Shown here: positions 17,354 to 23,254 of the stretch, in pieces | How the letters are laid out: every line of letters begins with the position of its first letter | Numbering within the stretch: the first letter of the stretch is position 1 | Assembly (NCBI GenBank): GCA_003166335.1 | Contig: PMWA01000022.1 | Span: forward strand, 1 to 23,254 | Origin: Methanobacterium sp. | Lineage (GTDB): Archaea > Methanobacteriota > Methanobacteria > Methanobacteriales > Methanobacteriaceae | Direction: 5' to 3' | Length of the DNA stretch: 23,254 nt | Notes under the pieces: generated by a model | Seen by the model: only the letters and a program-made list of their open reading frames with translations | Database searches by the model: none | What the model was told of the DNA's origin: nothing | Program-made: the position numbers and the translations under genes

Positions 17354-18715
17354 TTACTTCCTTTGGATGGCCTTCACCAAATTATCCTTTTTATTTATGG
17401 CATTTAATGCGGATTTTTCAATTTTCTCTTTCATAACTTCAAAATCATCAGGCGTAGTGTCTCCGACAATCTTTTTAATCTCAGTATAAGCTGATTCCCT
17501 AAATAAAGGCGTTAATTCTTCTTCCTTATCTTCTTTAACAAGTTTAGCTATTCCACTATTAGTGATGTATCCTATCTCATCGATACGAACACCAGCATCA
17601 GATACTACTTTTTTAAGTTGCTCTGCAATATTAGTGGGAGCTATTATCATCAAAGAATCTATAGAAACCCCGAGAGGATCTATGTCTAATTTTTCCAGCA
17701 TTTCCAGTACTTTTGGATTTATTAATTCTCTTATCTTATCATTGAAGAATGTTAATCCAAGATTAGTGGTTCTAGAAATTTCATGTGCATCACCTCTAAG
17801 ACCTCCATTGGTAACGTCAGTCATAGCATGGACATATGGAAGTAATCCTGACTTAAAAATAGCTTCAGATGATTTTATGAAGTTGATATCCATGGTTTCA
17901 TTAACCACGTCGAACATGCCATGATAAATAGCTGTGGTAGTGATAGTTCCACCACCTGAGCCTTCAGTCATTAAAATTACATCTCCCACTTCAGCACGCT
18001 TCCTTGCAGTTGGTGGGTATTCTGAAATTCCTATAGCGCCTACAGCACTCACTAATCTATCACCTAAAACCATATCACCACCAACTCGTAGAGTGCTACC
18101 AGCTACAAGAGGTACATTTAATAGTTCTGAAACTGCACAGACTCCTGCTGTGAAATCAAATAGTTTTCCAACATCACCATCATCTGAAAGATGCAAATCG
18201 CTTATTACGGCTACAGGATCAGCACCCATCACACATACATCTCTAAGAGCAGCTCTAGTAACATGGAATCCACCCAGAAATGGATATTCACTTAGACGAG
18301 AATGTATTCCATCTACAGCGGTTGTTACATAAATATCCTGGGATCCAACGCTTTTTTTAACCACGCCACCATCATCCTGAGCTGATGGATTTATAATAGC
18401 ATTAGAATGAGTACTTGAGACTATTTCTGCAATTTTCTGATGGACAAAGAAGTCTCCTTTTCCTCTAGAGCCTACTCCAATTTCGCCCATTTTAACCTCT
18501 GCTTTGGGATACTTTATCAATTCCTTTAAAGATTCATCATTATAATCATCGATTTTTAAAGTATTTTTAACTTCTTCAATCACAGCGTGCGCCATTTGAT
18601 CGGCTTTTTGAGGATCAATACTTTTATATTCAAGTATTATCTCCTTTAAACTATTTTGAAGAGATTGTTCATCTTCATCTTTAATGTAGCGTCTTATAAA
18701 ACCTTCTATATCCAC
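17354..18715 (-). CDS. AIR synthase (PurM/HypE/ThiL)-related ATP-binding protein, archaeal subgroup of unknown function
   Basis: MGEIGVGSRGKGDFFVH, AQDDGG, DGIHSRLS.YPFLGGFH, LRDVCVMGA.P, GD.ILMT and HAMTDVTNGGL motifs; N-terminal helical extension; GTG start. Confidence 0.85.
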   Translation of the reverse strand: MDIEGFIRRYIKDEDEQSLQNSLKEIILEYKSIDPQKADQMAHAVIEEVKNTLKIDDYNDESLKELIKYPKAEVKMGEIGVGSRGKGDFFVHQKIAEIVSSTHSNAIINPSAQDDGGVVKKSVGSQDIYVTTAVDGIHSRLSEYPFLGGFHVTRAALRDVCVMGADPVAVISDLHLSDDGDVGKLFDFTAGVCAVSELLNVPLVAGSTLRVGGDMVLGDRLVSAVGAIGISEYPPTARKRAEVGDVILMTEGSGGGTITTTAIYHGMFDVVNETMDINFIKSSEAIFKSGLLPYVHAMTDVTNGGLRGDAHEISRTTNLGLTFFNDKIRELINPKVLEMLEKLDIDPLGVSIDSLMIIAPTNIAEQLKKVVSDAGVRIDEIGYITNSGIAKLVKEDKEEELTPLFRESAYTEIKKIVGDTTPDDFEVMKEKIEKSALNAINKKDNLVKAIQRK

Positions 18716-18834
18716 TGGAATACACCCTTTTTATATATTTTTTTTGGAAACGAAATATTCTAAAGTTTTTAATGTTTTAAATTTAATTTGTTAAAAAAAA
18801 TTTTATGAAAATAATTATTTTAAGTGAATATTAG

Positions 18835-19452
18835 TTATGGAACTGTTTCCACGAAGTTATTTAAGATCTTTAACCCTATTTCTCCACTTTTCTCGGGGTG
18901 GAACTGGGTAGCATAGGTGTGATCGTGATAGACTACTGCAGGTACTTCCACTCCATAATTAACTGTAGCAGCTACTATATCATCATCGTCAGGAAGCACA
19001 TAATAGGAATGCACAAAATACATGTACTCGTTATCTATTCCATTTAATATGGTGCAGTCATTTTTTTTGATTTGAAGGTTATTCCATCCCATATGTGGTA
19101 TTTTCATTCCCTGTTGTTTCAGAGATTCATCAAAACGCACTACTTCACCTTTAAATATATCCAAACCTTCAGCTCCTTCACTTTCCTGGCTTTTAGGGAA
19201 TAAAACTTGTAAACCTAGACAAACCCCTAAAAACGGCTTTCCTTCATTGATATGCTCCTGTATAACCTGTTTATAGGGTTGAAGATTCATCATAGCATTT
19301 CCAAAAGCCCCTACACCAGGAAGAACTAAGGCATCCGCTTTTTCTAGATCACAAATGTCATGAGAAACGTTAACTTCCACACCAATGTGAGAGAAACCGT
19401 TTCTAATGCTTTTAAGATTCCCAGATCCATAATCAATGATAGTTATCATCAT
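18835..19452 (-). CDS. hisH: Imidazole glycerol phosphate synthase, glutaminase subunit
   Basis: IIDYGSGNLKSI, LPGVGAFG, GVCLGLQ, PHMGWN, YFVHSYY and QFHPEKSG. Confidence 0.96.
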   Translation of the reverse strand: MMITIIDYGSGNLKSIRNGFSHIGVEVNVSHDICDLEKADALVLPGVGAFGNAMMNLQPYKQVIQEHINEGKPFLGVCLGLQVLFPKSQESEGAEGLDIFKGEVVRFDESLKQQGMKIPHMGWNNLQIKKNDCTILNGIDNEYMYFVHSYYVLPDDDDIVAATVNYGVEVPAVVYHDHTYATQFHPEKSGEIGLKILNNFVETVP

Positions 19453-19502
19453 AATAAACCTATTAATCCATATTTAACGTTCATTAATCTAAAATTATTT
19501 AA

Positions 19503-20510
19503 TTATCTAGTTTCGTAGTAATCCTTTACTCGTTCAGTGTCATTCAAATGGGGAGTAGAAACTTCATGTAGAATAGTGTTTTCCATAGCTACAATAGAGT
19601 GTTTTTCTGTGGGCTTGATACGGATAGTGTCATTTTTTCCAAAATACTCTTTCCGATCCTCAAATTCAATGTAACCTGCACCATTTACTATATACATGGT
19701 TTCATCTTTCATCCGATGATAATGAAATGAGGTTTGATAACCTTCTTTAATGAAAAGCTCTTTAGTCAAGTATTTATCAGTGTAAATCAACACTTTTTCG
19801 TATCCCCAAGGTTTATCTTCCCTATTTTTATATTCTTTTTTTATTTCCTCTAATTCTTTAGTGGTATCAATAGCCATCCAGAAGAGTCCATCTTCCTTGT
19901 AATAACCTAAATTATTTTCCTTGGCCAACATAGGGAACACGGTTTTTTCAATATCTCCTACATCAAACTCTCCAAAATCTATTTCTCCTTGGGAGAAGTA
20001 AACTCCACCATTAATGTAATAATCTAATATGGGTTTCTCTTTAAATGATACTAGCCGATCTCCGCTAATTTCTACTATTCCGTAAGGAGAAACCATTTTA
20101 GTGATGAATATGGATAACGGATAGTCAGATTTTTTCCCCAGTTCGATCATTTTCTTAATGTTAAGATCAGCCACCACATCACCATTTCTTATAACTGATT
20201 GTTCATGATTACCTAAACTATCCATACCTAATTTAATAGCATTTAAAGTTCCTAAAGGTTCATCTTCACGGATGTATTCAATGTTAACTCCTAAATATTC
20301 GTCATCATATCTTTCCTGGATTTTCTCCGAAAGAAACCCGGTTAAAAGCAGTACTCTGTCTACTCCGGCGCTTTTAAAGTCGAAAAGCTGTTTATCTAGG
20401 ATGGTATAATTATCCTTAATTTCAACTAAAGGTTTGGGAATCTTTTCTGTAATAGGTCTTAATCTCTTTCCAAATCCTCCACATAGTATCATTCCCACAG
20501 TTCTAGCCAT
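19503..20510 (-). CDS. Sugar-phosphate nucleotidyltransferase with a C-terminal cupin domain
   Basis: [32 protein letters not shown] and INGGVY motifs. C-terminal cupin KPWG...TSFHYH..KDET...H..like MPI type II/ManC tails. Sugar specificity unknown. Confidence 0.85.
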   Translation of the reverse strand: MARTVGMILCGGFGKRLRPITEKIPKPLVEIKDNYTILDKQLFDFKSAGVDRVLLLTGFLSEKIQERYDDEYLGVNIEYIREDEPLGTLNAIKLGMDSLGNHEQSVIRNGDVVADLNIKKMIELGKKSDYPLSIFITKMVSPYGIVEISGDRLVSFKEKPILDYYINGGVYFSQGEIDFGEFDVGDIEKTVFPMLAKENNLGYYKEDGLFWMAIDTTKELEEIKKEYKNREDKPWGYEKVLIYTDKYLTKELFIKEGYQTSFHYHRMKDETMYIVNGAGYIEFEDRKEYFGKNDTIRIKPTEKHSIVAMENTILHEVSTPHLNDTERVKDYYETR

Positions 20511-20656
20511 TTTCTATCACCTTTATTAATTCTTTAAAATGATTATTTGTATTACATGATAAACTATTAGTTATTAGTCTATTTATTACAAAAAATTTTT
20601 CAGAAATATTTCATTAACTAAAAATTGTATTTATTTATATTTTTAATAAAGCTGGT

Positions 20657-21739
20657 TTATAAACCCATGATTTCTCTTAACATCATTCCAAAATCAGATA
20701 AAACAATTTCAGATGTTCCCAAAGTTTTTGAATGAGCATCTAACTCTGTAATCACGTAATTGTATCCTATCTTTTTTAATGGTTCCACTAAACGTGGCCC
20801 ATCTGTTACTGCTATACTTTGCACGGGCAAAGTTTCTATAGGTAACGCATGAGGAACACCTAAAACTACTACCAAGTCGAATGATCCATTTTTTAAAATA
20901 GCAGCGGCAGTTTTACCAGTTATGGGGTATTCATCTAATCCGCCAGTTACCACATCAATTTCTACTCCGCTTTTTTGAAGCTCTTTCCTTATGTTACGGG
21001 CATGCTGCTTTATACGGGGAAGACCTACATCTTCATCTAAGTTCGCTATAATTTTAGGAGGATTTTTATGGTAAATCTTCCCGAACGGAATTTTTAAAAT
21101 ATCGGCAAAAATATAAGATGTTTCTTTTTTAGCATTCAGAACTAAAGCAACCTTATATCCACTTTCCAACTTTTTAAGTAGTATTTGTGCAACCTTCTCT
21201 TTAAGATCACCGTAGGAGGGAGATATATATTCTCCCTGAGCCATACCTCGTGATTTTTCTATCTTTGTGGCCATTTTAAGCATTCGAGTCTGTCTCTCTG
21301 CCTCCTCACCGGATATTACTCCTTCCCTTTCTGCAGAGTTAAGAACGGATATAGCTCCTTCTGTATTGTCACCTTCACTGAGACCTCCGTGAGATTCCAC
21401 TATGAGGACTTGTGCTGGTATATTAGCGTTTTCTACGGCTTCTTTCATATCTTCTCCAATAATCATACTGGCGCATGTACCCACCACACCTACTAACTTG
21501 GGTGAAAATAAGGAATCAACTTTTTTAAGAGTTTCCTCTAATTTCTCAGAAGCTCCAAATATAAAATCATTTTCGGACATGGCGGTGGTCACGACCCGCA
21601 CTCCATCCGTTTCTAAGAGGCGACTAGTACGAAAGCAACAGCCGTGAGGTCCATGTAATATGATGACGTCGGCATTTAGATCACGTAAAGTATATAGGGA
21701 TGCGGCAATAGGGCTGGGTCTAGGATGCAAATGTTTCAC
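20657..21739 (-). CDS. cfbD: Ni-sirohydrochlorin a,c-diamide reductive cyclase catalytic subunit (NflD), coenzyme F430 biosynthesis
   Basis: [57 protein letters not shown] and TDGPR motifs; GTG start. Confidence 0.93.
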   Translation of the reverse strand: MKHLHPRPSPIAASLYTLRDLNADVIILHGPHGCCFRTSRLLETDGVRVVTTAMSENDFIFGASEKLEETLKKVDSLFSPKLVGVVGTCASMIIGEDMKEAVENANIPAQVLIVESHGGLSEGDNTEGAISVLNSAEREGVISGEEAERQTRMLKMATKIEKSRGMAQGEYISPSYGDLKEKVAQILLKKLESGYKVALVLNAKKETSYIFADILKIPFGKIYHKNPPKIIANLDEDVGLPRIKQHARNIRKELQKSGVEIDVVTGGLDEYPITGKTAAAILKNGSFDLVVVLGVPHALPIETLPVQSIAVTDGPRLVEPLKKIGYNYVITELDAHSKTLGTSEIVLSDFGMMLREIMGL

Positions 21740-21902
21740 CTCTATTAGGTTTAAAAATTTTTTTTTATTATTTAATATGGTTAAATTCTGATAAGATTTA
21801 AGAACAATTTATAAATTGAACATGGGTTTTAATTAAAGATTTGGTTATAAAATAAAAATGAAGATAATTTTAAAAAAAATTAAAAATATAATAGGATTTA
21901 GA

Positions 21903-22565
21903 ATGATAATAGCGGATTTAATAACAGGAAAATTTATTGAGAGACCTAATAGATTCACAGTGTTATTTAATACTAATAAAAAAATAGATAAGGCTCATCT
22001 AAGGGATCCTGGTAGACTAAAAGAACTATTAATACCAGGGATTCCATTGCTTCTACGTCCTGCCCGAAATACTACCAAAAGAAAGACGAAATATGACGTT
22101 ATTGCAGTTTTAAATAGAGATATTTGGGGTTTTATAAATTCAGGATTCCACAGTGACATTGCTGCTGAACTTATCGAATCAAGACTGGTGGATGAATTTA
22201 AAGGGTATAGTGTTAAAAAAAGAGAATATACCTTTGGAAAAAGCCGTCTAGACTTTTTGCTTTCTAATCATAATTCAATAATGCTCTTAGAGGTTAAAGG
22301 CTGCACTTTAGTTGAAAATGGTTTAGCTAAATTTCCTGATGCTCCCACTACTCGTGGAAAACGGCATTTGGAAGAATTAATGTTGGCTAAATCTGAAGGT
22401 TTAAATGCTGCAGTGCTTTTCCTGATAATGCGGGAGGATGCAATGGAATTCACTCCTAATTGGGAAATGGATCCAGATTTTTCAGATACATTAACTGATG
22501 CATATAAAAAAGGGGTTGAAGTAGTAGCTTATTCATTAAAAATATTTATAAGAATGATTTTTTAG
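21903..22565 (+). CDS. sfsA: SfsA-family nuclease / sugar fermentation stimulation protein, possibly frameshifted near the C-terminus
   Basis: [30 protein letters not shown] and [15 protein letters not shown] motifs. The ATG at 21903 is preferred. A -1 frame continuation runs to a TAA at 22603. Confidence 0.9.
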   Translation: MIIADLITGKFIERPNRFTVLFNTNKKIDKAHLRDPGRLKELLIPGIPLLLRPARNTTKRKTKYDVIAVLNRDIWGFINSGFHSDIAAELIESRLVDEFKGYSVKKREYTFGKSRLDFLLSNHNSIMLLEVKGCTLVENGLAKFPDAPTTRGKRHLEELMLAKSEGLNAAVLFLIMREDAMEFTPNWEMDPDFSDTLTDAYKKGVEVVAYSLKIFIRMIF

Positions 22566-22824
22566 ATATAAATCCTTTTAAACGGATTAATATCAAATTA
22601 TAAAATTTTGAAATATTTATTTATAATACTGAACACTGTCTAAAAAATTATTAAACAGCATTAATCATGATAAATTTTACACTTGAAATTTACCTCTAAT
22701 TAGTAAGAAACTATCAAAATATTTTATAGGTCTTTCAACGTAAATATTACTGATTAGAAATTAAGTCGGTTTTAAAAAAAAAAAAATATAAATGAATATT
22801 TTAATAAAATAGATGAGGAGTCTT

Positions 22825-23254
22825 ATGCAATGTGATGTTTTAATAGTAGGCGCCGGTCCTGCTGGATTGTTTGCAGCAAGTGAATTAGCAGGGCATATGA
22901 AAGTAATAATAATAGATAAAGGTAGAGACATAAATTCAAGAAAGTGTTTAGCTCTTGAAAACGGGTCATGCACAAAATGCTTGCCCTGCAATATGACTGG
23001 GGGAGTAGGTGGTGCAGGGGGATTATCAGATGGTAAACTCAACCTGAGGCCGGATATTGGCGGTGATTTGGAAGAATTTGTAAGTCATGACGAGGCTTGG
23101 GCTATAATTCATGAGATTGATGGATACTTTCTAAGACACGGAGCGCCAGATGAACTTTACGCGCCTAATGAAGAGGAATTATCAGGTATTTTAAGAGATT
23201 CAGCGGCATCAGGAATAAAATTTATTCCCATAATCCAAAGGCACATGGGTTCTG
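22825..23254 (+). CDS. FAD/NAD(P)-dependent oxidoreductase (uncharacterised dehydrogenase, COG2509-like), 3'-truncated by the window edge
   Basis: Absent from the ORF track because no stop falls in the window. GAGGAG RBS, then MQCDVLIVGAGPAGLFAA...IDKG...C...CTKCLPC...GGVGGAGGLSDGKL; open to the end of the window. Confidence 0.88.
   Translation, partial: MQCDVLIVGAGPAGLFAASELAGHMKVIIIDKGRDINSRKCLALENGSCTKCLPCNMTGGVGGAGGLSDGKLNLRPDIGGDLEEFVSHDEAWAIIHEIDGYFLRHGAPDELYAPNEEELSGILRDSAASGIKFIPIIQRHMGS

Noticed and set aside
321..23042. Short alternative-frame ORFs (321..584, 7371..7589, 7541..7732, 13865..14092, 14523..14771, 16206..16409, 17562..17924, 17934..18332, 21402..21647, 22268..22453, 22761..23042)
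   Set aside because: All lie wholly or mostly inside, or antisense to, well-supported genes and show no recognisable motifs, so they are treated as shadow ORFs.

Overview
This AT-rich window looks like a Methanobacteriales (Methanobacterium-like) methanogen chromosome. The assignment is inferred from tfrA, cfbD, archaeal CTP-dependent ribK, GGTGA/GGAG ribosome-binding sites and oligo-T tracts. A housekeeping backbone lies on both sides: a partial MenA-like prenyltransferase, gatA, a domain-permuted GATase/CobB-like protein, a hypothetical gene, ribB, ribK, nfi, tfrA and tRNA-Arg(GCG) on the left, and a PurM-like protein, hisH, a nucleotidyltransferase-cupin, cfbD, sfsA and a partial FAD dehydrogenase on the right. 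Between them is an accessory block of about 8.5 kb. It carries a complete methanol:coenzyme M methyl-transfer module (mtaB, mtaC, a RamA-type activase and mtaA) with an uncharacterised 195-aa gene embedded in it. The module is bracketed by an intact PAP2-like membrane gene and a heavily frameshifted remnant of a paralogue of that gene, which the ORF track does not resolve. Other oddities are an endonuclease V with Asn at a catalytic Asp position, a probable 1-nt frameshift at the end of sfsA, and a 20-bp motif shared upstream of mtaB and mtaA. All calls come from motif recognition by eye; no searches were run.
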